From assembly GCA_030704615.1 (NCBI GenBank), contig CM060731.1, forward strand, positions 7,378,001 through 7,442,000: 64,000 bases of DNA, written 5' to 3'. Every line of letters starts with the position of its first letter. Position 1 is the first letter of the stretch. The stretch comes from Takakia lepidozioides (Eukaryota > Plantae > Bryophyta). Position numbers and translations under genes: made by a program. This document shows, piece by piece, positions 1-13,131 of the stretch. The notes below the pieces were generated by a model. It saw only the letters and a program-made list of their open reading frames with translations. It made no database searches and was not told the DNA's origin.

Positions 1-1750
1 TGGCGTCGACACTGTCTCCGCCAATGTGAATGACTGAGGAAGCCTAGCCCGACGGCTTGCCTCCCCACGCTGTGGATCCAACTCCACCTCTGCACCTCGT
101 GGCTCAGGAACTCGTGCTGCTCCTCGAGTCATGGCTGCAGCAGACTCTACCTGCACTAGTGGTAGTGTTGCTCCACACATGAATCCCATGCCTACCATAT
201 CTCCTCCCTCAGGAGCAGGAGGTGGACCATCCGGCCTTGGAGCCGGTACCACCTGAGCTGTAGCCATGGCAGCAAGCCTCTGCTCTAGCTATTAAAGCCG
301 GTTGGCCATGCCTTGGTCAACACCCTGACCTCCGTGTCCTTGGCCATGTTGAGCTTGCCCTTGGCCTACACCCCGTGCCTGGCCACCTCGTCCTCTTTGG
401 GCTGCTCCCCATCGCCCCCGGCCACCATTGTTCCCTTGAAACTGGCCTGGGCGCAACTCAGGATGCAAACCATAACACTGGGCCTCTCCATGCCCGTGCT
501 TGCCACAATGCCCACACTGCAACTGTGCAGGCTGTGCATGTGCCGGCCCTTTGCCTCCCTCTGGGCAATCCTTCTTGACATGGGGTCCTCCACATGTCCA
601 GCACACCACATCCGCCCGTTGTTGGCCAGCAAATGAAGGGAGAGACCCCTGCATCTGAGGTCCTCTCTGCCCTTCCCTGAGCTTCACCTGAGCCCCCTTG
701 TTGCCTTGAGCATGTTGAGGTAGTGGTTGGCTAGAAGCACCACTATCCCGTGGTGTCTCCTTAACAAATCCCACCATGACCACTCGTTCCTCCACCATGT
801 TGAGCTCTATCTGCTCTGCCAGCAAAAACACATTTGTTAAGGTGGGTTGGGCCGCTTGTAGGAGAGTTGCATCCCGCACCCTTCTCCTCAGCTCCTTGTC
901 CAATATCCCATACTAGAATTGGACTGCCTGAGCTTCCGTAACCCCTTGGGTTACATTTATCAAGCGCCTCATGCGAGTGAAAGCCTCCCTCAAGCTCTCA
1001 GTAGGCTTCCGTTGGAACTCTTGCAAGCTCCGCAACTTCTCTGTCCTCACCCCTTGGTAGTTCCCTCTCAACTCTTTGAAAAACTCCACAACAGGGTTGA
1101 AGGCAGGCACGGGTACTGGTGCTGGTGCGGTAGTGGCTTGGGTGGACGTCGTAGCTACGGTACCACCAGTCCTACTAGTCCCACTGCTGCTTGCTGAAGC
1201 TGCCGGTGCAGCAGCAGGTGCAGCCACTGCCCTCGTGACTCTAGTGCCTCTAGTGATGGAGACATAGTCGGGTGACCAGTACATCCTCCACTCCTCGATC
1301 TCAACCTCATGCCCCCGCTTGAACTCATGGTAATCATCCATAGGCGGCCCCTCAAGGTGCTGAAACAGCCCCTTCCATGCCATGAAAGGCGTAAATAGTT
1401 GTGGATTGCGCATTTGTTGTAAATCACACCAACTATCAAATTCTTGGATAAAATCATCTAACTCGATGGTGCCCACCGCCCCAGAGTACCTTTGTGGCCC
1501 CTTGGTAGCTCCATACATCTCCTCCATTGTGTCCCACAACAATGGCAAAGAAACAACTTGCACCGCCGGTATGAGTCATCCTGATTCACAATCCGAATCA
1601 GAACCTTCCGTAGAAGACACAGGAGGTGAAGGTGGCCTAAACCGCATACCTCGTCTTGTGTACCCACTAGTATCGCTAGTGCTCGAACCGGCACTATCCC
1701 CAGCAACTAGTGGCACCTCCGTATTGACACTCAATCGGTCATGAACATAT
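1..1750 (-). pseudogene. gag: Ty3/gypsy gag with two CCHC zinc knuckles, interrupted by premature stops
   Basis: ORFs 913..1563 and 292..903 are in frame across a TAG (QAVQF*YGILDKEL). Knuckles are CWTCGGPHVKKDC and CGHCGKHGHGEAQC; the gag-like core is 'LQEFQRKPTESLREAFTRMRRL'. Further stops at ~289-294; the frame continues towards the left window edge. Confidence 0.85.
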
Positions 1751-2439
1751 CCCTAACCCCCTCTCCACAAGGTAACCGGGAACCTGTTGCGGCTTATGGT
1801 TTGGAATACTAAGTTCCTAACATAGCCTACACCTGTACCTGCATCCACCGCAAGCACTCCTATGGTTGGCTGGTCATCACCTCCAACCTCACCACAGGAG
1901 AAACAATGATGGTCTAGCTGGTCATCACCCCAGCTTCACCATCGACAGCATGCTCTAGGTCTGGCCGGTGATCAAATCCGGACCAATCACCTATAAAAAC
2001 AAGCGCCCACACAAAACTAGCATGGCGCACAGTCAAGCATGCAGGTATGGAGGGGATCCAAACACAAGAAATCAGAACGACAACTCCCCACACCAAAAAC
2101 AACTCCACGGTGTTGCTCCTGCAAGGACACCCCAGCCCAAACCCGGACTGACTCTTGCCTCCACCTATGGAAAGGTCTTGGCCTAATGAGAGGGTGGAAA
2201 CTACGAGGAAGAGAAGCTAAAGCAATGCCTAACCCCAGCATGCCCTCATCCCAACACTCTTCCTCTCCTCTCTTCCCTCACTTTCATGACCATGGGAATA
2301 TCATGAAGATACTCCTCAAACCGCCCTCCACGAGCTTCAAAATTCGGCCTTCAAGACCACATGCCAGTCCTTAGGCAGTCCATCAGTGCCTCCACAAGTC
2401 AGCACAGGCCGTCCACAGGTCAACACGGGCCACCACAGA

Positions 2440-3135
2440 CCAGCACAGGCCCACACAGCTCACTGGTCACAGCCGTCACAGCCCCACACAGGCCACAGCC
2501 TGTCACAGCCCTACACAGATCACAGGGTCACAGCCCCACAGGCCGCAGCCTGTCACAGCCCGTCACAGCCCCAAAGGCCACATGCCACAGCCTATCACAG
2601 CCCTACACAGGTCAGAGGGGTCACAGCCCCAAAGGCCACAGCCTGTCATAGCCTGTCACAGCCCGTCACAGCCCCACAGGCCATAGGGCACAGCCTGTCA
2701 CAGCCCTACACAGGTCACAGGGGTCACAGCCCCAAAGGCCACAACCTATCACAGCCCCTCACAGCCCCTCACAACCCTACACAGGTCAGAGGGGTCACAG
2801 CCCCACAGGCCACATGGCACAGCCTGTCATAGCCCCTCACAGCCCATCACAGCCTGTCACATCCCTACACAGGTCACAGGGGTCACAGCCCCAAAGGCCA
2901 CAGCCTGTCACAGCCCGTCACAGCCCTACATAGGTCAAAGGGGTCACAGCCCCAAAGGCCACAGCCTGTTACAGCCCGTCACAGCCCTACACAGGTCAGA
3001 GAGGTCACAGCCCCTGCCCATCACAGCCCGTCACAGCCCCACAGGCCACAGGGCACAGCCTGTCACAGCCCCACAGGCCATAGGGCACAGCCTGTCACAG
3101 CCCCTCACAGCCGATCATAGCCCATCACAGCCCCA
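2440..3135. repeat. Minisatellite of short GTCACAGCC-core units with higher-order structure
   Basis: Dozens of (T/G)TCACAGCC(C/T) units are directly visible, with recurring blocks such as 'ggtcacagccccaaaggccacagcctgtcacagccc'. Confidence 0.95.
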
Positions 3136-5241
3136 TCCATGGCCACTCATGGCAGTTTAGCCATTTCTCCAAGAGGTTTAGCCACGCCAAGCTAGGGTTT
3201 GTGTCTCTTGGACTTTAGGCTTCTTTGCACCGAACTATGGCGGCTGTGAAGAAATCAGCAAGGTATTCTTGCTCTTTCGGCTCCCACACACCACCAATAG
3301 TAGCCCTAAGCCATGAGGAAGATGGTTGCCACAAACCAAGCCTTCTTTCTCACTTAGACTCCCCAAACACGCCACTAAACTCAATGGCAAACAACCAAGC
3401 CTTGCTGGTTTCCAGCCCTTGTGAGCACTCATTCAAGCGGTTTCCTTGGCCATAGCATCTGTCTTAGAGCCTATTCCAGCCCCCTACACCTGCCACTTCA
3501 AGAGCCATGCTCTATCTAGGCTTGAGGTTGAAACCCCACCTCACATATGCCCTACAAGTGCTTTTCTTTCACCCAAGTGGGAACCAGCCCTAGCCCTTCC
3601 ATTCTAGCTCTCTAAAGCTTAAAAACAAAAGCCTCAATGGGCTGAAGGCATGCTCCACACATGCCCCACCCTCACCACAAGAGAACCTTTGCTTCATTTC
3701 TTGCACCCACAAACCTGAAAATACAAGCTTCAGCGGGCTGAAAGCATGCTCCACACATGCCCTACAGGGAAACCAGCCTCTTCCTTCCTTTCTTGCACTC
3801 CCAAACTTGAAAGTACAAGCCTTCAACATGCTGAAAGCATGCTCCACACATGCATTGCCCTCACATAAGGGAAGTCAGCCCTTCCCTCTTCCTTGCTTGC
3901 CCTCCAAGCTTGAAGATGGAAGCTTCAATGGGCTGCATGCATGCTCCACACATGCATCCTCTTCACACAAGAAGTAATATCAGCCCCCTATCTTGGCTCC
4001 TTGGCTCCTTGATGCTCTCTAAGACAAGACTAAGCACTCCACAGCCTTTGCCAAGCTCCTGAAACCCTAAGGCTTACATTTCCAGCCACCAAACACTCCT
4101 CTTATGGTGCAAGAGCTCTTCTTCCAAGCTCTGAAACCCTAGGTGCACATTCCATGGCCTTGCCGCACCTCTTAGCTCCTGTTCCAGCCCTGCTCTTGCC
4201 ATGACAAGAGCCCTCTCAATGCTGAAGCTCGAGATTGAAACCCAATCTCAACATACTCCACAAAGTGCACTGATTTACCCCAAGCCAAATCAGCCCTTTC
4301 GCTTGGTCTTGCAATCCTGCAGCATGGTGCTTTCATCTCTGAAGCTGAAGATCGAATGCCAAGGTCTACTACCTCGTAACCCACATCACCTTTGCTTCTA
4401 ACAACCAAGAGCTCCACGGTGCTCCTTGCATAACGACCTGGTTTCTCTCATTCTCAAGCAAAAACCACAACTGCTACAACTAACTCGTATCTGTCACTCA
4501 CAGATATGAGCTCATCTTTATCGAGTGATAAAGAAGAAGAATACAAGCACAAGCTCATGCGAGCTCACAAAGCTGAAGCATAAACTCATGCATATATAAA
4601 CTCATCACTCAAATACAAGTCAAGCCAAGTGCATCCCACGCCATGGGGAATCCACACTACGGCGCCATAGCTAGGCGCGGTGAGGCTCAACTCGAGAAAG
4701 ATGAGCCCACCGCGATCTGCCGTGAAGATAACAACGTCATGTAAAAGCTAGCTATTTCCTAGCTAACTTCACACTAGTGGTAAAATGGGGAGTCGTGGAA
4801 GCTGTCAGTGACCAAATACGAACGATAGGAATTGGAGACAAGACAAAACTTTGACATTGTTTGCAAAAATTGGTGTGTTGGTAGACATGATGGGCCTAAC
4901 GTTGGCAACATAACAAGTACACTATTGGCTTTGTTCAATTAGCATAATCCACCGATTGGACCAAATTGAATCACGGACATTGAGACAAAGAACACACAAC
5001 AATCAGCGGAACACAGAACATGCAATGCATTATTCCGTGACCAGACTTCCATAAGCAAAACTAACCTCTCCTCTGAGACTCCATCATAACAAACCAGCTT
5101 TATGTGACAAATTTGATCTTTCTCGGCAAATCCACTCTCGTAGGGTGGGGAGGAACATCGAGTAGGCCCAGTTCTCAGTTTGTCAATTTGCCTGTTCATT
5201 TCTATCACTTCCTTTCGCTACAAGGAAAAAAAAAAAAAAAC

Positions 5242-5890
5242 CACCTCAGAAATCAGAGCAGAAATGATGAATGTCGACGATCATCACGACATCTTACCAA
5301 CAATAAAAATTAAAATTAAAATAAACTCAGAAATCACAACAAAAAATGATGATCGTCGATGATCATGACATCTACCAAATGCAAAATAAAATAAATAAAT
5401 AAAAATAAACCTCAGAATTTAGAGTAGAAGTGATGATCATCACGACACCTACCCAAGTGCAAGGAATAAATAAATAAATAAAACCTCAAAAATTAAAGCA
5501 GAAGACGATCATCACAACGTCTTACCCCAATGCCAAAAACAAAAAAAACCAAAACTCAGAAATCACTGCAAAAGTGATGATTGTCGACGATCACGACATC
5601 CACCCAAAAGAAAAAACAAAAAAACAAAAAAAAAACAACAAAAACCCCTCTCAGAGTAGAAGTGATGATTGTCAACGATCATCACGACATCTACCCAAAG
5701 TGCAAGTGGAAAAAAAAACAAAAAAACAATTGCTTAGAAATGAGAGAATAAGTGATGATCATCAATAACTCATCACGACATCCTATCCAAATACAAAAAA
5801 AAATTATTATTATTATTATTATTATTTAAAATCACTCAGAAATCACAGCAAAAGTGATGATCGTCGACAATCACGACATCTACCTAAATT
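5242..5890 (+). repeat. 8 degenerate ~75-85 bp tandem units: palindromic core TGATGATCGTCGACGATCATCA plus a variable A-rich linker
   Basis: Repeated 'ctcagaaatc..gcagaa(a/g)tgatgat(c/t)gtcgacgatcatcacgacatctacc' separated by poly-A, (TAAA)n or (TTA)n tracts. Confidence 0.9.
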
Positions 5891-7274
5891 CAGTGGAGAA
5901 TGATTTTTCATGTGAGTAAGTCTATCTTTAACTTTTGCTTTGTCTCTGGGTGCCTTCTTCGCGACCCATCCTCATCGGGGAACTAATTTCTTGTTTCTTG
6001 TCCTATCATTTGTCAATGTATACTTGATCACTGTACTAGAGCATATCCCCTTGGAGAATGCTAGTATGTGAGCTGGTCACGTGAACGGAAAATCCCGTGA
6101 GCAGAATTTTGCTCACGTTCTAGGGTGACGACATCGCGCATGTGACCTATAACCGCGGACAACAAAGGTGCAGAAACCCTATTACCGCGGACAGGGTTCA
6201 GCCAAAATGCGGATAGACGTCCTTTTGTTTTCGAACAAAATAAGTCCACAAATTGGACGATTCCTCTCATCTCGCCGAAATTTGAAAATTCCTATAATAC
6301 GGCTTAGCATGCCGAAGAACATATGGAAGTGGATAAATCTTGGATGAATGTGTGATTAAAAAAAAAAATACCGGACGAATAAAACATGTATGAATGGAAA
6401 ATAATTTTTTGTCTGTAGGAATGAATGAAATATGACTTCAAAGCATGAAAGATGACTTCAATAGGGATGGGAATAGATAGCCGGTGGAACTAGAGTATGA
6501 GTCTGAGCCATTGTAACAAGTCCCTACATCGTCCCTACAAGTCTACTGCAGAACTTCAGAACTGGGATGTTTATCCCCGCACTTTGACAGCTTGGGGTGA
6601 GGTGATGGAGCTCCCGACATATGAACTGCCATTTCCTCCACATATACTGGCACAAGAGAAGTTGGTGGGAACTCAATTGAGTCAATGAGAGGATTGTGAT
6701 AAAGGGGGATGTGCTCTGGTACAGTGATCAAGTATACATTGGCTACATCTAGGGGATGTAAATGAGTCAATTATAAGGAAATGTCTCCTGGTACATTCAA
6801 AGACCATTGAGTAAATTGCAGTCAATTATAAGGGGATGTGCTCAGTACATATGGAACCTGTAAATTGAAACGATTGACTAAGACATATTCCCGATGTGTA
6901 GTGGCTGGAGAGGTGATACAAACCTAGTGGATTATATGTCTTCTCCCTGAGCATAGCAGTTCAATCATCTCATTAACTCATTGACTTGTAAAAAGCAAAA
7001 TGACTTCATCGATTTTGCTGGCAACTTATACATCTATTCTTTACCCTCCCGCACCACCTCCGATGCCCATTATCAAAGAGTCCCCACAATGATTTTTCGC
7101 TTTTGAAATTGTCACTAACACATTGTCATCACCTCTTTTGGTTGCAGTGTGAGATAACACGGATGCATATGCTATTGGAAGCGGTGTCAAACGTGTATGC
7201 ATTGGTACATGGCATAAATTGAAACATTAATTGTATTAGCAATGAATTGTTAATGACATTGTACTCAATATAGT

Positions 7275-8550
7275 TTAGTACATATTTGCCCCTTTAAGAG
7301 ACCACTGGCGTTCAATCAAATGATCCATCCTAAGCTTGTGGTACAACTTTGAACTCTCAAGTTCAAGAGTGCCATGCCGGTACTTGTCAAAGGTCAAACC
7401 TCTCATACGAACTCCCTCACAAAATCAAATCGACCCTCAAAGTAAGTATCACACTCGTCATCAATTATCATATAATGCAATATGATACATGCAAGCATGA
7501 TGTCTGTAATGGTGTTCAGATCCCACTGTCTACATGGGTTCCGAATGATTGCAAATCGGCCTTGCAACACATCAAATGCCCTCTCTACATCTCTGCGGGC
7601 AGATTCCTGCAGCATAGCAAAATGCCGCATCTTCTCATCCTCAGGCGCATGGATTGTTTGGACAAAGCATGACCATGGAGGGTAGCTACCATCTGCAAGT
7701 AAGTAATATCGGGGATAGACATTGCATATGATAGTGAAGTCGACATCGATGGTAGAGCCCCTCAACAAATCTGCAACTAGTGGCGAACGATCAAGAACAT
7801 TGATATCATTGTTCCCGCCAGGTAATACAAAGAAAGCATGCCAAATCCATAAGTCCTGGGAAGCAATAGCTCAAGAATGATATGTTGTCAGACTACAGGG
7901 CAATTCTTCCATTGGTAATGCATGCAGTCAATGGAAGCGAACATACCAGGAAAGCCTCTGCCACTGTTGATCTTCATCTGTTTGGCAATGTGGGAAGCAG
8001 TGGGCTAACGAAGGTACATAGCCTCAAAACAAGTGCAAATTCCAGAAACAAAGCATTTCATGGTCTGCATAGCAATGCTCTTCGCCAATCTACAATAGTC
8101 ATCTGTGGCATAGGCAGTCACACCATAGGCGCAATGCAGCAATACATTTTGGAGTGCTAGACAAACCCATGACACCACACCCATCAATCCTCTGCTGAAA
8201 GTAAGCATCATGTGCAACAAGAATGTTGGCCATGATCTTCACAAATAACCCTTGTCGCATCCAGTAACGTTGCCTGAAAACTCGTTCATCATACACAGGT
8301 ATAAGCGAAAAATAATCTTGATATATCCTCTCATGGCCCTGCTACCTTTGCCTCTGTAAATTGTAGGGGGCCTTCCCCAATCTCAAGCCACCTCTCGGCT
8401 TGGATTCTGGCTCATCAAAGGTAGAAGTAGCTTCATTTAACAACATATGCATGAAGTAATCATCTTGCTCGTCTTCTTCCAACTCTTCCCTAATGACAGC
8501 TTCTAATCTGTCATTCACCTCACGCCTCCAGTCATCCGTAGTTGCACATA
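7275..8550 (-). pseudogene. PIF/Harbinger DDE transposase, frameshifted
   Basis: Fragments 'YDERVFRQRYWM', 'LRLWCD/AYGVT..DDYCRLAKS', 'YYLLADGSYPPWSCFVQTI', 'QESARRDVERAFDVLQGRFAII', 'IMLACIILHYMIIDDE' and C-terminal 'LRMDHLIERQW' match plant Harbinger transposases. Confidence 0.9.
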
Positions 8551-8854
8551 CTGTATAGAAATTGAAAGCACAATGGTACAAAGGTGAGCCGTAGGAAAGC
8601 AAGGATGACGAAGGTCGGAAAACGCTGGACTCAAGAGCTGCGACGAGGATGATGAAGGCATGCAGTCGGTGGGGAACGTCATCGAGGAGCACATGAGAAC
8701 GTCGCTGGCAACTCCAGCAAGGCGGGAACATAGGATACAGGGGCGTAACGAGGGGCAAGGGTGTGGCTACGAGTAGCCGACCCTTCACACACCTTTCAAT
8801 AGTCCTGAACCAACCCCTTCAAGATAACCATAGAGGGGGCGTTTCAGTGAGAAG

Positions 8855-8870
8855 GGTGGGGATGCTCTAA
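8855..8870 (-). repeat. Probable Harbinger TIR end (GTGGGGATGCTC) followed by TAA target site
   Basis: Reverse complement reads TTA-GAGCATCCCCAC, the typical PIF/Tourist terminus, upstream of the transposase. The other end is not clearly preserved (weak candidate ~7077). Confidence 0.55.
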
Positions 8871-9910
8871 GTGTGCCCCCTACCTGCCTTGCCCAAGGGC
8901 CATGTCCTTTCAAGTAGGGTGAGACGTGAGACCCCATTACACACCAATACATAAAATTTAACTTTGGACATTAAATTGCAAGAAAACATTTCAACTCTTG
9001 AAATGGAGCTTGGTGACATTTGATTTCAGATTTGTGAGTGCCATGCTTGAGGCGCTCTTCCTCGGTCAGCTCTTGGCCACTTCTTCTTTTCTTTGTTAGG
9101 GATGCAAGTTGTTCGAGTTTCTTTGTTCAGGTCCAGGGGATTTGGTTCTTTGGGGGTTTCGGCCTTTGATAATGGTTTCATCAGCTTGTTCATGTTGCTT
9201 GCAATGTGGTTATTTTTTATTTTTTACTTTTTGCTTAAAGAGAAAGGGGACGGATGCCCTTTTCCTAGATAAAGTTTTCAGGGGCATCGCTCCCCTTCAT
9301 ATATATATATATATATAAGAAGAAGAAGAAGAAGAGTGAAATCACAATTTCATGCCTTGAAATCAAGCATTTCATTGGATTGAATAACGAGAAGAAATTG
9401 AGACGGAAGATAATAGAAATAATGTAAGAACTTAATGCACAAGTGCAATCTCTGACAGGATGGTACGCCGGTTTCCAGCCCAGCACGTCAAATCTTCCCC
9501 GCCCTCTCCTGAGAGTGACATGGAACTGAAGGAGTATAAACTCTAGTGGGGGTTATACGGGGAGATGTGCTCATATTCGTCGTGAGTCTATGCCTCATGG
9601 CTGCCTTCCGGCATCGAGGGTTTTAATTTTTTTCCCTTCAATAATTATGAAAGTCCCCAAGGGCAGGCTACCTCCCCTTTTCTCCTTAAAAAAAGATATT
9701 AATATTCTTTTAATTACAGTATGTATTGGTATTTCAATGGGAACTGAGAACATAAACATGGATAACTGTACTTTACGAGGGAACCGACAACGGTCACCAT
9801 TTATTTATTGGGAACAATGATGGTGCTCTCGGGTGGGAAGCTGATTGTTGCACCCTAGAGACATTCTTGTTGCGGCGTGGTGTGAGAGAGAGAGAGAGAG
9901 GGTGCCCGCC

Positions 9911-12900
9911 ATGGATTCTGCGCAACAAACCTCGTCTGCTCCTGCACGCACACCGCAAGTGGCGATGGAAGAAACCCAAGCGTCTGTGCAACGGTCTCTG
10001 GCGTTGCTGCACCAGCTGCACTGCTCCGTGTCGTCCTTTACTCTTCCCTCGCAGACCCTGCTGTTTGATCGCTTGTGGGTTTTCTGCCTCTCCCCAATTA
10101 AATTCCTGATTCTGTTTTCGTCGTGAAATTGGTGCAGTCATCCGGGGTGGGTGTAACTATGTTGCTCTGACGTGTTTCCAATACTACTTCTTATGTATGG
10201 GCATCCTGTTGTCTCCGCCGGTGCTTCCCCAATCTTGCACACGAACTATCACCGGTCCTCTTGTTTACCCTAGTGGGTTGAGGAGACTCAAAGTGCCCTA
10301 GCTAAACAGATTTCCGAATTTGGCGTGATTGATGACGGGTACAGGAATGAATTAGTGAAGGAGCTTGGAGTCATGGACACGGCGGCGCGTGACTGCCATA
10401 TCCAAATTCCACTTGAGGTTGTCAGGTGAATGTCCCGTCCATTTTCCCTCGTTTCCTTAGTCCTAACTTCAGGTCGATTCTCAACTATAATCAAAAGAAG
10501 ACACAGGCTATATTATCCCCCACCCTAATGTACAGGAGGACCATTCTGTCCTGTTTAGTAGAAACTGTCCTTTCTTTTCTATTCCGCCAAAATTTAGATT
10601 TTGAAGCAATTTTCCAGGCAAAGGGACATCAATAGACAGAGAATGATCATCATTCAGTGCCTGAAAGTGTTTGCAAGCAAGGTTAAATCTGTTGTTTTTG
10701 AGGTTTTTTCTCTCGCGCTTGATCATTGATTGATTCTTTGTTAGGTGCTTGTGAAGACAGATGCTGGCAAAAGTGTGTCCCTGCCTTGAAATTAATTTGG
10801 CTACATCTTTTTTCTTTGAAAACAATTGAATTGCACCAACTCATATGTTGTACAAAGCGTAGAAAGGAAAATTGCTTGGAACTCGTAGAAACCTTTATCT
10901 CTCAGGGTAAATGGTCTCAGTTCAAATTGGCACCTGAATGATGATGCCAAATTATCTGTGACTTACTGAGTTCCCAAAGTACAATACCGCCTTCCTTGTT
11001 TGTTGGCGGGTTCTAATTCTTAGACTAGTATGTAGTACTGGAGAGTTCCAATTTAAGGCAACTTTGTCCATCCCCATGCAATTGCAGGGCATCCCGAAAT
11101 CTTCATTCTTCCTCCCTCTCTGTTGTACTTTCAGCATTGAAGGCTTATGGTCCTCTATTCTTTAAGTTGCATGCGCATTCCTGACCGTGTCTCCCGATTT
11201 GTGTTTACATTATATAGTGTGCATTGTACATTCATTAGGATTGGTTTTTGAATCTTGGGTGATTGGCTGGCAACAGTTTCATTGATGAAGGTCGAAACCC
11301 TGATGAGTTCACGAAGGATCTCCTCAACAGTTGCATTCAACGGAACCAGGCCACTAAGGGCAAAGTTGACGCTTTTAAGGTGATTTTTCCCCCCCAAAGA
11401 TCTTCACCCCATAATGGTTCCCTTATCCTATACAGCTCATAGTGAAGGTCTATGGCTGCACAGATTGAGCTGCACTTTGAGCACAATATCTTTTGCCCCA
11501 GAAGACTATTCTGTACTCAGACAGTGATGTTAAAACAACAAGCACTCCTGAGTCAGTCTTCTGAAAAGAGGCATTCTACGCGATGCAGAAGGTGCAGGTG
11601 TTAAGCAGTTCTGACTGCTCAGTGGTTTAGATTGCATTCGTGTATGCAAAGATTGAATGGGGCCTCATTTGTGATAGGCTTTCTCAATTTTAGATCCACA
11701 TCATATATATCTGTAGTGAGCCTGCCGAGATCCTACACCCAAAATATGCTCTAATAACTTCTGCCAACTCTGATTCTTTCCGCAGGCAGGGCCTTCATTC
11801 CCCTTCTTCCCAAAAATATACAATAAACCTGTCAAGAATAACCCCTTTCCCAATGTCATCTTTCTTTTTCGGCTACAATTAACTGTTTCTGAATTTTCTT
11901 CATTTTGAAACATGTTACATACTGTTCTTAAAATGGGCATGGTTTCATCCAAGAATACAACAGGTCATGAGAGGCTGTTGTATGTGCTCTGAAAGCTGAT
12001 GGATGACACCATTTTTAATCTACAAAATAAATCTGTTGTTGATTGTTTTTGTGCTATAGCAGAGTCTTTCCCCTTAGATGGTAAATTAGCTTGCAAAATA
12101 TTTAGTGCCAGCTATGGCTGGTATCAGTGATGGTGATATATGCCTATGGCCACTGATATTAGCGAGAAAAACTGGAGGGTTCCCACAAGCGGATTAGCTT
12201 GGGCCAGAACGGCTTTCAAAATGTTTGAGATAGACCTGGAACTAGAATCCCAGAGATTTCACCTCTCTCTTGGTAAGGCCAGTGGAATATCTTGGCATTG
12301 GGGAGCAATATGTCAAATGATGAATTACTCATCCTCTAGTCTAAGTGATTGTCATAGACAAGACATTGACAGAAGGCACTAGCTGAAATGTAAGCACCTT
12401 ATCAGATATCAGATGTCAGGCTTTGAATATTTGTGCTTCTATTTATAGGCGCTGCGGAGGAACCTAATGGAAGAAGTGGAGGAAGCTTTACCTGAGGAAA
12501 CTGAGGCCTACCGATCTATACGGAACCAATCATCAGCTGTAAGTCACGTGCTTTTCTCTCCAGTTCTCTTGATTGGTTTCTGACTGCAGACGGGGCATTT
12601 TACGCTAGTATTGTTGTTGGATGTCTGACTCCATTTCTGTGAACATGGTTTCTCACCATGTACATAGTAATCCATGGTATTGGCCATCCCTCGTCCAAAT
12701 TAGTCCTCTCAACTCACATCTCTGGCAGCCCAGAAGATCTCTTTCTTGTCTGTCTGGCCCTTCCAGAAGGATCGTACTGCCACGTGCACTTGCTTGTTCA
12801 GGTAGAGGCTCGTAAGGATGAAGATTTAATGCAGCCATAACATCAACTCTCCATTCCCCCAAACCAGATAGCTGTTTGGTAGTTCTAAGGTGCCGAAGCC

Positions 12901-13131
12901 CACTGGGTTAGAAACCACTGGCTTGGATGATGAGTACACTGCAGGGATCATGTTATTCAAGGCTATGTCTTAACCAGGGTCCAAAGGAAAGAGTCAACAA
13001 TTCTTTCTTGTTATTACATATGATCTGCACTGAGCTGGGGTTTTTATGTTTAGCTGATGGTGCAGGAGTCACGAAGGTTGCTTCAGGCATCTACCTTGTT
13101 GTCCAACGGCGATGTGAAAGCAGAGCATTGA
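9911..13131 (+). CDS. MED10: Mediator of RNA polymerase II transcription subunit 10, 5 exons (9911-10074, 10345-10425, 11277-11379, 12449-12538, 13066-13131), 167 aa
   Basis: All introns are GT-AG and phases join to 504 nt: MDSAQQTS..SLALLHQLHCSVSSFTLPSQTLLFDRL|NELVKELGVMDTAARDCHIQIPLEVVS|FIDEGRNPDEFTKDLLNSCIQRNQATKGKVDAFK|ALRRNLMEEVEEALPEETEAYRSIRNQSSA|ESRRLLQASTLLSNGDVKAEH*. Contains the Med10 signature IDxGxNPD. Confidence 0.96.

Larger units (their letters stand above)
1..4771 (-). mobile_element. 5' part of an LTR retrotransposon (gag, long repeat-rich 5' leader, candidate LTR ~4492-4771)
   Basis: Gag on the minus strand is preceded by ~2.7 kb of repeat-rich leader. A TG..CA-bounded block starts at 4492 and has a TATA-like motif at ~4592. 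The partner LTR is not in the window, so the boundary is tentative. Confidence 0.5.

Noticed and set aside
2361-2832. ORFs rich in HSLSQP/VTAP
   Set aside because: Translation of the GTCACAGCC minisatellite.
4772-4790. CACTAGTGG as a CACTA transposon end
   Set aside because: No matching opposite end or CACTA transposase found in the window.
5242-5890. CRISPR-like repeat/spacer array
   Set aside because: Spacers are low-complexity A tracts and the repeats are too divergent.
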